From NCBI GenBank assembly GCA_026387175.1, contig JAPLME010000006.1:44078-108077 (forward strand): 64,000 bases of DNA, read 5' to 3'. Origin of the DNA: Candidatus Omnitrophota bacterium (GTDB taxonomy: Bacteria; Omnitrophota; Gorgyraeia; 2-01-FULL-45-10). The position numbers and the translations under genes are program-made. A model generated the notes under the pieces. It ran no database searches. It worked only from the letters and a program-made list of their open reading frames with translations, and was not told the DNA's origin. Shown here piece after piece: positions 52,858 to 62,389 of this stretch (its first letter is position 1; each line of letters opens with the position of its first letter).

Positions 52858-54705
52858 TTATCTCTTCGATTCCGGCCCTGTCGGCGGCCTTGAAAAACGG
52901 TAAACATAGTATAACCCAACAGCGCCTATCATCATCAGGTAAGGCACTATAGGCGTCCTGTACCTGACGGACACTATTGTAATGAGCGAGCAATGGGCTA
53001 ATATGGAGTAAAATATGACCGCAAAGATCAAAAAGATCGATTTTTGCTTACGGGATTTCCGGAAAACCAGCCAGAGTCCTATCAGGAATATCAAATATAC
53101 GTAAAATTCCATGCTTGAAGCAAAGACGTTCGGCACCCTTGAATTATTAATGAGAAGTATAGGGTCGAAGAACCCGAAGCAGGGCCATATAAAATAATTC
53201 AGGAACCTTTTAGTGTAAATACGGCAGGCTGTAGCGGCTACGGCCGCAGGCTCTTTCAGTGCGACGCGTAACGAACCGGCGGGATCTTTAAACGGATTGA
53301 CCCCCAGAGCGTCAAGTCCCCGGTTATCCGGGCTTTTGTCGGGCCACGGGCTCTGAGCGTTCCAGCAGGCTTCGAGCCTGAAACCGGACTTCACCACCAA
53401 ATTGAACTTACCGTCATTCAGGTAATTAATAAATGTTACGGGGGCGATCAAAAAAGACGCAACGAGAACGGTGATAAGGGTATTCACGGCCTTCTTTCGA
53501 AACGTAATTTTATTCACCGCAAAAAGCTCCGTTACGAAGAATAGGACAGGCAGAGCCATGAATAAGCTCCTTGTGATACAGAGCAACCCCAGGACGAGGC
53601 CGGCGGTCACCCTGTAGAGCCTATTATCGGGCTTCCTGAAACATCGGAGATACGAAAGGACAAACGCAGCTAATAGCGGCAATATAAGGGCTTCTCCACC
53701 CAGCACCACCATATACATTATCAGTATCTGGCTCATACTTACGAGTAAAGCCGTTAATATGGAGATGCTCCTGACCCCGAAAAGCTCTTTCGCTATATAG
53801 TAGGATAAGACTGAAAGCGCTCCTCCAAGCAGGCTTTGAACGAATGTAGCCGCGTAAAAATTATGACCGAAACATTTATATACAAGAGATAGGAGGACTA
53901 TATATCCCGGCTCCCAGACACCGGGAAACAGGGTTCCCCCTTTTAGTATCTTCTCCGGGTTCGTTACCATGGTCCATGCGTTTGCGTTATAGGTACGGCC
54001 GTCATCGCTCGAGTCGACAAAGACGCTTCCTCCTCCCGTGGTCTTCAGTATGTGGAACGCGAATACGATCCTGACTATCGTGCCGACCAGAAAAAGAAGC
54101 GCAATCACCTTTCGCTCATCCTTGAAGAACGACACTATCCTAGTATAAAGAAGTTGCGCCAACCCGTCTATGCGCGTGATGGCAGCAAATAAAGCCGCTA
54201 TAACCGCTGCGGCGGCCACATACCCTGAAAATCCTTTAAGCAGACATGTCACAGCCAAATGAATAGACGCAATAACGAGCGGTATGAAGAAAAAATCCTT
54301 TCTAAGAAAAAAACCGGCGCAAAACATGGATGCAAGAAATACAGTTGTGACCGTTCCGATATAAAGATAATAGATCCCGGACAAATAAGAAGAGCCCGAT
54401 ATCTGGACATTGAGATCTAATGTTAGAAATGAGAGGTGCAAGGCAAGGCCTATTGGTATGATCTTGTGCAGATTTGTCTTAAAATCGGTCTTGAAAAAAA
54501 TCGAATGAAAAGCGCTGTAAAGACATAGGACCGACCAGCCCGCCAGAGGCACATAGAGCTTTCTAAAGGGAAGGTTTATATAGACTGCCGTGCCCATTAT
54601 GATAAAAGCTATATAGATCACCAGATAGGCCGCCATACCGAAAACTATCTGATCTGCGCCGTAAGAAACCGGATCCAAGCTATGCTTTTTTTTCAATATA
54701 GCCAT
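52858..54705 (-). CDS. GT-C-fold polytopic glycosyltransferase (ArnT/PMT family, GT39/GT83-like)
   Basis: 615 aa with about 13+ TM helices. The segment LSVLSYYIAKELFGVRSISILTALLVSMSQILIMY is typical of the ArnT/PMT_2 family. Confidence 0.65.
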   Translation of the reverse strand: MAILKKKHSLDPVSYGADQIVFGMAAYLVIYIAFIIMGTAVYINLPFRKLYVPLAGWSVLCLYSAFHSIFFKTDFKTNLHKIIPIGLALHLSFLTLDLNVQISGSSYLSGIYYLYIGTVTTVFLASMFCAGFFLRKDFFFIPLVIASIHLAVTCLLKGFSGYVAAAAVIAALFAAITRIDGLAQLLYTRIVSFFKDERKVIALLFLVGTIVRIVFAFHILKTTGGGSVFVDSSDDGRTYNANAWTMVTNPEKILKGGTLFPGVWEPGYIVLLSLVYKCFGHNFYAATFVQSLLGGALSVLSYYIAKELFGVRSISILTALLVSMSQILIMYMVVLGGEALILPLLAAFVLSYLRCFRKPDNRLYRVTAGLVLGLLCITRSLFMALPVLFFVTELFAVNKITFRKKAVNTLITVLVASFLIAPVTFINYLNDGKFNLVVKSGFRLEACWNAQSPWPDKSPDNRGLDALGVNPFKDPAGSLRVALKEPAAVAATACRIYTKRFLNYFIWPCFGFFDPILLINNSRVPNVFASSMEFYVYLIFLIGLWLVFRKSRKQKSIFLIFAVIFYSILAHCSLITIVSVRYRTPIVPYLMMIGAVGLYYVYRFSRPPTGPESKR

Positions 54706-54715
54706 TGCGTGAGGC

Positions 54716-55609
54716 TCATCCTTTCTTGGCGATCGCGACGATATCGCCTGACGGTATTATAAAATTATGATACTTTAACCGCGGAGGCAGGCGTCCGATA
54801 AGGCCTTCCATAAGGCTTACAGCGCTGCTCTTCTTTTTTGCCGATTCCTCGCTCTTCTGCCTCATATACTCCCCGGCATAATAGGGATTTATCGATTTGA
54901 AAGCGCTTTTAAATCCCAGTATCTTGAAACCCATCGTCCTGAGAAAAGCGTTAAGGTTCTTTTTCGAAAAATATACAAGATGCTGCCTGTGGATATAAGG
55001 CCATCTCTTTCCCGTGAACTTCGCGAAAAGGCTGCTTGTATCTACAGTAACTATAACAGCTATCCCTCCGGGCCTCAGCATCTTATACACCTTTTCCACC
55101 GCGATCCTGGCGCCGTTAAGGTGCTCCAGCACATCGGTCATTATTATCATATCATAATGATCCGACGGCATCTCTTTCGCTCTCACAAAATCAAGGGCCT
55201 CCACCCTGGAACCGAATCTGGCCTTTGCGACGCGTGCGGCCTCCTCCGATATGTCCACGCCGTAGACATCCCATCCGAACTCCTCTCCGACTTCCATGCA
55301 TATACCTGTTGCGCACCCTATATCTAAAAGCCGGCCGCGATGAGGCGTAAATCGGGAAAGCGACTTAAATAGGCACCGGAACGTCAGATGTCGCATCTTC
55401 CTGTGCATCTCCTCATCTTTTCCGACAATGCCCCATACCTCATGATATTTCGCATATACCCGCTCTATCTCTTCATTATTTAATATAGGGTAACTTAGCC
55501 AGAGCCCGCATCCGCTGCACCTGATTATGGAATACTTACCGTCCATATCATAAAGCGGAAGGTACTCCGCGGAACCGCATACATCGCATTTGATCTTATA
55601 TGCCATCAC
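54716..55609 (-). CDS. Class I SAM methyltransferase with an N-terminal Cys4 zinc ribbon (paralog of 51949-52851)
   Basis: CDVCG...CSGCG ribbon, then LLDIGCATGI motif I. Confidence 0.7.
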   Translation of the reverse strand: MMAYKIKCDVCGSAEYLPLYDMDGKYSIIRCSGCGLWLSYPILNNEEIERVYAKYHEVWGIVGKDEEMHRKMRHLTFRCLFKSLSRFTPHRGRLLDIGCATGICMEVGEEFGWDVYGVDISEEAARVAKARFGSRVEALDFVRAKEMPSDHYDMIIMTDVLEHLNGARIAVEKVYKMLRPGGIAVIVTVDTSSLFAKFTGKRWPYIHRQHLVYFSKKNLNAFLRTMGFKILGFKSAFKSINPYYAGEYMRQKSEESAKKKSSAVSLMEGLIGRLPPRLKYHNFIIPSGDIVAIAKKG

Positions 55610-56853
55610 TTCACCTGGGCCTTCGCCGGCTGGGGGTTCTTGAACCGTTTCTCGATCGAATTGCGAAGCTTTATTATATCATCCGAGCTGAAGGCCTTCG
55701 TAGATATCTTAGTCGTGTAATCGCCGGGCCTGCCCTTGAACCATGCATGGTCATAATCGTCGGTAAAATTTATGTCGAAATTCTCTTTATTCTTATAGAT
55801 AAGCGATCCGGGATATGGAGTATAGACCGTGATATCTATATCGTCGAGACCGGCCTCTTCCAGAAAATCCGTCGTCTCCTTTATCGACTCCCTGTTCTCG
55901 CCGGGAAGGCCTATTATAAAAAAGCCTTTCACGCGGATACCATATCTGTGGCATAGCTTTATAGCTTCCAGGTTCTTCTTTACCGTCTCGCCTTTATTGA
56001 TCGTATCGAGTATGCGCTGGGAACCCGACTCGATCCCGACGCCCACTTCTACGCAGCCGGATTCCCGCATCCTACGCAATATATCCCCGTCAACGGTATC
56101 AGACCGTATAAAGCACCTGTATATAACGCTCAATTGCTTCAATCGATCGCATATCTCTTTCATCCTTTTTCTATCGACCGTCATCGTATCATCGAAGAAC
56201 ATGACCGCCTCATAGCCGTATCGCTTTACCAGTAACGATACCTCTTCGAACACATTCTGCGGGCTCCTCATCCTAAGGGTCTTGCCCCAGGCGTTATTCG
56301 CGCAGAATTTACAACCGAAAGGACAGCCGCGCGAGGTCACCAGCGTCGTGGTCAATTTACCGTCAAGATAATACCGATAGCTCTTGATGTCGATCGTGTC
56401 CCTGTCCGGGAACGGGAAGCTGTTGATATCGGCATAGTCGCACTGGGTTACCTGAGACTGCTCCGTTGAGGCCTCTTCCCGCCGTACGATATCAAGGATA
56501 GCCCTCTCCCCCTCCCCCTTCACCACAACATCGAACTCGCTAAAAGCGTCTTCGGGCTTGCCCGAAACGTGGGGGCCGCCCAGCACATATAGCGGGGATC
56601 TGGCCCGGTTTATCTTTTTAACCTGCTTTACCAGGCGCATAACGGTCGGAAACTGCGGAGTATTGGAATAAAAGCCCACGATATCGGCGTCGATAGATTC
56701 CGGAAGAGGCTTCTCGTCATTCATATCGATGTAAGAGATATCGTTGTAGCCGTTCTGTTTGAGATACGCGATAAGGTAGAGAAGCCCGAGCGACGGAAAT
56801 ACTTTCTCGTTTATCAGAAAATCGGAATTTGGATTTATGAAAAGTATTTTCAT
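55606..56853 (-). CDS. Cobalamin-binding (class B) radical SAM enzyme, paralog 4
   Basis: 415 aa; N-terminal B12-like domain (ILFINP...LGLLYLIAYL...GGPH) and SRGCPFGCKFC. Confidence 0.8.
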   Translation of the reverse strand: MKILFINPNSDFLINEKVFPSLGLLYLIAYLKQNGYNDISYIDMNDEKPLPESIDADIVGFYSNTPQFPTVMRLVKQVKKINRARSPLYVLGGPHVSGKPEDAFSEFDVVVKGEGERAILDIVRREEASTEQSQVTQCDYADINSFPFPDRDTIDIKSYRYYLDGKLTTTLVTSRGCPFGCKFCANNAWGKTLRMRSPQNVFEEVSLLVKRYGYEAVMFFDDTMTVDRKRMKEICDRLKQLSVIYRCFIRSDTVDGDILRRMRESGCVEVGVGIESGSQRILDTINKGETVKKNLEAIKLCHRYGIRVKGFFIIGLPGENRESIKETTDFLEEAGLDDIDITVYTPYPGSLIYKNKENFDINFTDDYDHAWFKGRPGDYTTKISTKAFSSDDIIKLRNSIEKRFKNPQPAKAQVK

Positions 56854-56860
56854 TGTTCTA

Positions 56861-58033
56861 TCATCCCTTATGTTTCTCTTCCAGGCACTCCTCGTACAGC
56901 TTCATTATATCCGCGGCGAGCCTGCTCTTTGAGTATTTCGTCCGGACGGATTCTCTGCCATGCGCCCCCATCGCCAGCCGCCCGGAGCGGTCATCCATCA
57001 ACCTGATGATCTTGCGGGCGAGATCCGCATGATCGTTCGAATCGGCCAGCAGCCCGTTGTAGCCGTCCTTGACGAGATCGACGACGCCTCCTACGGCGGT
57101 CGCTATAACGGGTTTGGCCGACGCCATGGCCTCGATCAACGATACTGGAGTTCCCTCATTCAGAGACGTCAGCACCAGCAGGTCCAGGTCCGAATATACG
57201 GATGCCAGATCCTCTATCCAGCCCGTAAATATGACATGATGCTCCAGGCCGATGGCCTTCGCTTCCTCTTTAAGAAACTGGTTAAGCTCTCCGTCCCCTA
57301 CTACCACAAACCTGATATCGGCGCCGGGTCTTTCATTTAATACGGATCGCGCCGCCTTCAGAAACATCTTATGGTTTTTGATAGGGACCAGGCGCCCCAC
57401 TATCCCGATAAGCATGACCTTATCATCGACACCCAGTCTTTTTCTGAACCAGCCTCTGTTCTTATCGCATTCAAGGAACCTGCCAAGATCAAGACCAAGC
57501 GGTATGACGACGCTCTTCCGCTCCTCTGCGACCCTCAGTCTGTTGATCAAATCATTGCGCACCGCCTCGCTGACGGTTATCACCCTGTCCGTATATAACG
57601 CCAAAAATTTTTCTACGCAAACAAATATCCTGGCCTTCAGCGGACTGAAATAACCGTCGAAGACGTGCCCATGGAAAGTGTGGATCTTTATAGGGACGCC
57701 GGCGAATATCGCGGCGAGCCTGCCGAGCGCTCCCGCCTTAGCCGTGTGCGTATGCACAATGTCGGGTTTCTCGGACCTCATGATGCTGTAAAGCTTTAAA
57801 AACGTCTTGAGGTCATTTTTTAATGATATCTCCCTGCCCATCTCGGGAACGACAACAGGCTCTACACCATAGTCTTTGGCGAGATAGCCCATATCTCCCT
57901 CCGACTTGCTAACCGTTCCGCAAACAAGCGTATCCTTATATCCATTGCCGTTTAAAGAGCTCGACAGCAATATCGAATGTATGGCCGGACCACCTATATT
58001 AAGCCGAGTTATTATCCTGAGGATCTTAACCAT
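56861..58033 (-). CDS. GT4 (GT-B) glycosyltransferase
   Basis: 390 aa; N-terminal Glyco_trans_4-like domain (HTHTAKAG) and a C-terminal Glycos_transf_1 domain with an E-x7-E region. Confidence 0.75.
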   Translation of the reverse strand: MVKILRIITRLNIGGPAIHSILLSSSLNGNGYKDTLVCGTVSKSEGDMGYLAKDYGVEPVVVPEMGREISLKNDLKTFLKLYSIMRSEKPDIVHTHTAKAGALGRLAAIFAGVPIKIHTFHGHVFDGYFSPLKARIFVCVEKFLALYTDRVITVSEAVRNDLINRLRVAEERKSVVIPLGLDLGRFLECDKNRGWFRKRLGVDDKVMLIGIVGRLVPIKNHKMFLKAARSVLNERPGADIRFVVVGDGELNQFLKEEAKAIGLEHHVIFTGWIEDLASVYSDLDLLVLTSLNEGTPVSLIEAMASAKPVIATAVGGVVDLVKDGYNGLLADSNDHADLARKIIRLMDDRSGRLAMGAHGRESVRTKYSKSRLAADIMKLYEECLEEKHKG

Positions 58034-58045
58034 GGTTCTTCGGTC

Positions 58046-58324
58046 CTATATCAATTTAGTGAACGCGATAAAAATAACGTAGAAGATCGCGGAGCACAAG
58101 AGCCACCCCGCGATAATAAGCCCTGCGTGTTTCCGGCACATATTAAAAACCTCTGTGAAAAATCCGTAACTGGCTGAAGAGAGAATGTTGTGGCGCGCGT
58201 AGATCAGGATGGGGGCCGCGATATTTCTTGTACATGAATAAAATATGGCCGATCTAAATGAACTTGACAGGCCGACCATTATCCTATACGTCAAGCTGTC
58301 CGCAACAATTTTCTGATATACCAT
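58046..58324 (-). CDS. Hypothetical small membrane protein
   Basis: 92 aa ORF with a hydrophobic C-terminal helix, coupled between GT4 and the downstream gene. No family recognised. Confidence 0.35.
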   Translation of the reverse strand: MVYQKIVADSLTYRIMVGLSSSFRSAIFYSCTRNIAAPILIYARHNILSSASYGFFTEVFNMCRKHAGLIIAGWLLCSAIFYVIFIAFTKLI

Positions 58325-58331
58325 CTTCCGA

Positions 58332-58838
58332 TCAGCCCTTATTAATCACTTTTATGACCGTCCAGGTGACATTATAATTTTTTGTTTCGAAACTGAACCC
58401 AAGGCCTATATTAAACACTCCCGCTCCGGCATACATGCGTAAGCTATCGAGCCTTTTATACGCAAGCATTTCAATTAAAACGGTTACTCTTTTAGAAGTC
58501 GGGTCAATAAACGCCTTCGCTTCTCCGGCTGCGGCAGAATCTTTTAGCGTCATCTCCACAGGCTCGACTTTGAGTATCTTTTCTATGCGCGCTATAATAG
58601 TCCCATCGGCACCCCGCATCACATCGCCCTCTTTCATGATATCGGTCACAAAAACAGGTACCAACGCAACGGCCTCGCATCGTATATGCACATTTTCGAC
58701 CTTCACCCATGAAGGATCATCGGCGAGCCTTATCCATTTAAACGCGAAGAGCGCAATAAAGGCTATGACGAAAAGAACGAACAGATCAAAGATATTTATC
58801 AGTCCGAAAATCCTTCCCTTTTCATCGATAACCTTCAT
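58332..58838 (-). CDS. DUF4330-like protein (N-terminal TM anchor plus beta-rich domain)
   Basis: 168 aa; MKVIDEKGRIFGLINIFDLFVLFVIAFIALFAF fits the remembered DUF4330 N-terminal pattern. Uncertain. Confidence 0.4.
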   Translation of the reverse strand: MKVIDEKGRIFGLINIFDLFVLFVIAFIALFAFKWIRLADDPSWVKVENVHIRCEAVALVPVFVTDIMKEGDVMRGADGTIIARIEKILKVEPVEMTLKDSAAAGEAKAFIDPTSKRVTVLIEMLAYKRLDSLRMYAGAGVFNIGLGFSFETKNYNVTWTVIKVINKG

Positions 58839-58852
58839 ACCGTCTCCCTTTT

Positions 58853-60712
58853 TTAATTGATATATTTTTTTGCTTTGTAATAAAGAATAGCGAGATATTC
58901 GTGCAGTATGCCCCTTATCTGTTTTAATTCAATGCCATGCTCCCTTGAGTAATAGCTGCCTTTTTTTATGGGAACATAATAAATGTTCATTCCTTTCAGG
59001 TACTTATCGCACAACAGCTTCACCCTCAACATATGATAAGGAGAGCTTACGATTATGGCGCTCGTCCATCCCCTCGCCCCAGCAAGGTCTTTTAAGTGAA
59101 GTATCATTTCATAGGTATTGGCTGGGGATTCGTCCAATAGTATCGCTTCGGGCTTCACTCCCAACTCGACAGAAAGCGCTTTCATGACCTGCGCCTCCCG
59201 CATGATAAAGCTATATCCGCTCGAATACAGTATCTTGTCGGAATAATGTGATTTGTACAGATCTATAGCAAGGGCTACTCTCTCTTCATAGCTCTGTCCG
59301 ACTTTGCCGGATTCCCCTACGCCGCCGCCCAAAACCATTATCACGTCCGCCTTCGCGGGCGCATCGCTGATCTTCAGGGGGTTTGCCATATACCATAAGA
59401 GAGATGTATGGAATAATACGGCGTAAACGAGCAATGCCCCGGCAGCGACCGGCAGAAACCGTCTTTTTGTGCCTTTGTATATCTTTACCAGGTTCGCTTT
59501 CCATAACGTATCTTTTTGTTTTGCCTTTTCCTGCGCAACCTGCTCCACCAGGGCCGACATCTGCGCCACCTTGTTGGCCCACGAATTCTTCTCTGCCGTC
59601 TCCATAAAAAGCTGGCGCTCGGCCTCGCTTACGGGCTTCTCTATGGCTTCGCGCACTTGCGCGGAAAAGGCCTCCGCTGACTCGGCGACCATTACCACGG
59701 CGCCGTTCTCGGAGTTGAATTTCACGACTTCCGGCAAACCCGTGGAAACTACCTTCTTGCCGAGCGAGAGATACTCGTTCAGTTTAGTCGGATAGACGTT
59801 CCTGGTATACTCGGTTATCTTATAGGGTATCAATGCGACATCAAACTCCCGCACATATAGCGGCAACTCATCCCGTCCCTTTTGGCCGAGGAAAAAGACA
59901 TTCGGCAGATCCTTAACCTGTGAGGTATCGGTCTGTATCGGCCCACAGAATACAAAGTTGGCGTCTTTGTTGCGCGTCGCCGCCGTGCGCACCAGATCGA
60001 AATCTATCCATTTATGGATGCCCCCCAGATACCCGACGATCGGATGCCCTATACGCCCTATGTCCTCCGGAACCAGCGAGGTATTGGTCAGGGCTTTCGC
60101 GAAATTCTCAATATTGACGCCAAAAGGAAAGTAATGGACCTTCTTGCTCCACTGCGAACAGTATCTGAAAAGCTCCATGCTGGTCACGAATACGAGATCC
60201 GACCGCTTCACCATCTTCTCTTCCGTGCGCTTTATATTCTTAGCGCCCTTGGAGCTCACCTGGAAGGAATCTATACAATAATAGATAAGGACTTTCGGGT
60301 CTATCTTCTCGATTATGTCCAGGCTCAATCCTGTAGGCAGAAAGTCCCATATTATCGGATCAGAGAAACCCACCGCCTTAAGCCATTTGAAGAGGACCGA
60401 GAATACGAGCTTGCGGTTCAAAAATCTGGCGGGGCGCAAATACGGAAACGGCAATACGAGCGGCGAATAGACATACAGGCCGTCCTCTATTTTCCTGATG
60501 CCGTGCAGCCCTTTTCCCCAGTTGGCAAGGCGGCTTCGTATCCTGCCGATATCCCGCACATTAGGAGCCCTGGCGCCCGTATTTTCTATAAAAAGCACCC
60601 TATCGCCGCTTCTGGCGAGCCTCGTCATGATCTCCTGATGGCCCTGCCAAATGAAATCCCAATCGATGCTTGATATGCATATAATATTCTGATGTTTTTG
60701 CATGTTTTCCAT
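58853..60712 (-). CDS. Fusion protein: N-terminal GT-B (GT4-like) glycosyltransferase, then a TM helix, then a C-terminal DUF218 (YdcF/ElyC-like) domain
   Basis: 619 aa single ORF. Residues ~1-400 are GT-like. A hydrophobic helix LPVAAGALLVYAVLFHTSLLWYMA follows. The C-terminus carries ADVIMVLGGG...SSGYS...SSPYHMLR, characteristic of DUF218. Confidence 0.65.
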   Translation of the reverse strand: MENMQKHQNIICISSIDWDFIWQGHQEIMTRLARSGDRVLFIENTGARAPNVRDIGRIRSRLANWGKGLHGIRKIEDGLYVYSPLVLPFPYLRPARFLNRKLVFSVLFKWLKAVGFSDPIIWDFLPTGLSLDIIEKIDPKVLIYYCIDSFQVSSKGAKNIKRTEEKMVKRSDLVFVTSMELFRYCSQWSKKVHYFPFGVNIENFAKALTNTSLVPEDIGRIGHPIVGYLGGIHKWIDFDLVRTAATRNKDANFVFCGPIQTDTSQVKDLPNVFFLGQKGRDELPLYVREFDVALIPYKITEYTRNVYPTKLNEYLSLGKKVVSTGLPEVVKFNSENGAVVMVAESAEAFSAQVREAIEKPVSEAERQLFMETAEKNSWANKVAQMSALVEQVAQEKAKQKDTLWKANLVKIYKGTKRRFLPVAAGALLVYAVLFHTSLLWYMANPLKISDAPAKADVIMVLGGGVGESGKVGQSYEERVALAIDLYKSHYSDKILYSSGYSFIMREAQVMKALSVELGVKPEAILLDESPANTYEMILHLKDLAGARGWTSAIIVSSPYHMLRVKLLCDKYLKGMNIYYVPIKKGSYYSREHGIELKQIRGILHEYLAILYYKAKKYIN

Positions 60713-60860
60713 TCAAAATTTGTAGTGGAAGTGATTTTACCATACTGTTTATCATATCTCAATTTAATTATATAGATATGATATGAGAGAAATATTATTT
60801 ATTGGATAGCCGGAGAGCTTTAGCAGAATGGCAACCGGATGCGAATTTTAAAGCAAATAT
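60713..60860 (-). promoter_or_regulatory. AT-rich 148-bp intergenic region; likely promoter region for the downstream (lower-coordinate) operon
   Basis: This is the only sizeable non-coding gap in the glycan locus. It is strongly AT-rich with several TATA-like hexamers. No specific -35/-10 pair is asserted. Confidence 0.35.
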
Positions 60861-61634
60861 CTAACTTTTTAATTTATTCTTAACAAGTATGCCCGGCAGA
60901 TGATCTACCCAGTTATACGCTCCCGATACCTTCATCTTAAATCTAAAGATATTGTCGGTGCCGTATACCCGTATCCTTCTGGCAACGAAAGGCTCTTCTT
61001 CCGAATTATCCATACCCATGATATTTGTGAACGCTTTTGAATATCCTGCGTCCCTTAGCAGGCGTTCGGTGGCTTTATTGAACGATCTTCGGCTGCCGAA
61101 AGGATAGGAAAAATACCTGACATCGCATCCCACCATATCCCTTATCCTTTCCCGCGATGCCGACGCCTCGTGACTGGCCGACTTCTCATCCAGATCGGAC
61201 ATCGTCTTGTGAGTGCATGAATGGGAACCGATTTCGACGCCGCAGGAGCTCATATCCTTGACCTGCGCCCATGTTAACGGCCTTAACGGCTGAGCGTTAT
61301 TGAAAAGCCGATCGGATCCGAGCCTGGAATCGATAAAATCCGTAGTGATGAACAGGATCGACCGCGCGCCATACCGCTTCAGCAGCGGAAAAGCGTTTGT
61401 ATAAACGTTCTCGAATCCATCATCGAAGGTAAGTAGATAGCTTCTGCCACAAGTCGAGAGATAGCGCATCTGTTCCTCAAACCGCTCCGGCGTCACATTG
61501 ATCTTTTGCGGATCCGACGAAGGATCTATATCGCCGATGGAATGATAGACGAGAACGACGTTCCGTTTACGGTAAAACGGCGTTATGAAAATATATGCGA
61601 GGAAGCTTATAAGGTCTTTAACGAGCTGCACCAT
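60861..61634 (-). CDS. Polysaccharide deacetylase (CE4 / NodB homology)
   Basis: 257 aa; LTFDDGFENVY (TFDDG motif) and downstream His-containing motifs of the NodB domain. Confidence 0.75.
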   Translation of the reverse strand: MVQLVKDLISFLAYIFITPFYRKRNVVLVYHSIGDIDPSSDPQKINVTPERFEEQMRYLSTCGRSYLLTFDDGFENVYTNAFPLLKRYGARSILFITTDFIDSRLGSDRLFNNAQPLRPLTWAQVKDMSSCGVEIGSHSCTHKTMSDLDEKSASHEASASRERIRDMVGCDVRYFSYPFGSRRSFNKATERLLRDAGYSKAFTNIMGMDNSEEEPFVARRIRVYGTDNIFRFKMKVSGAYNWVDHLPGILVKNKLKS

Positions 61635-62382
61635 CTTTTACGGCCTTTACGACATAATTTATGGCTAAAAATCTGCTCGAAACAAAGTTAAGCTTTTTTG
61701 AAAGATAAAGAGATAGCCTCGGATTTATCCTATTCAATAGGGACAACCTGAAGACATGAAACACTGTCCGCTCAACCCTGAAACCGTATTTCTTTAATAA
61801 AAGTTCCAGTTCTTTTCCACAAAGCAGCTTGGGCTCAAAATCGTAATTCATAAAAGACCCGGAGATGTCCGCCTTGATTATCTTTCGTGAGACCTTAAGA
61901 AACGCGCGTAGATAATAATCGAGTTTGTTCGTAATGCTGGAAGCATTCGGCGCGGTGAAGATGGCGATACCATTCTTCCCTGTAACGCGGGCGACCTCCC
62001 TGATGCCGGCCTCAACGTTATCGAGATATTCCAGCACCCCAGCGCATACCACAGCGTCAAAGAAACCATCCTGGAACCCAAGCTTTTCTATGTTTCCTAC
62101 GGAAAATTCGGCGTTCCTGAACTTTTTACCGTTTGCAATGGCTATCATTTCGCTTGAGACATCGACCCCATACAGCCTGCCACACCTTCCGGAAAGCTCA
62201 TCCGTATATACGCCGGGACCGCATCCTATATCCAATATTCTCTTGCGATCGGCTCCAAGCATAGTAAGCACGATTCTTTTTCTTTCCGCAAATATAAAAG
62301 ATCTCAGATCGTTAATCCGCCCATATTTACCGTTGTACTCAACAGCCTGGTCATCAAAATATTTAATTACTTTTTCTTTCAT
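61618..62382 (-). CDS. Class I SAM-dependent methyltransferase
   Basis: 254 aa; ILDIGCGPGVYT motif I (Methyltransf_11-like). Confidence 0.75.
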   Translation of the reverse strand: MKEKVIKYFDDQAVEYNGKYGRINDLRSFIFAERKRIVLTMLGADRKRILDIGCGPGVYTDELSGRCGRLYGVDVSSEMIAIANGKKFRNAEFSVGNIEKLGFQDGFFDAVVCAGVLEYLDNVEAGIREVARVTGKNGIAIFTAPNASSITNKLDYYLRAFLKVSRKIIKADISGSFMNYDFEPKLLCGKELELLLKKYGFRVERTVFHVFRLSLLNRINPRLSLYLSKKLNFVSSRFLAINYVVKAVKDGAAR

Positions 62383-62389
62383 AATATAC

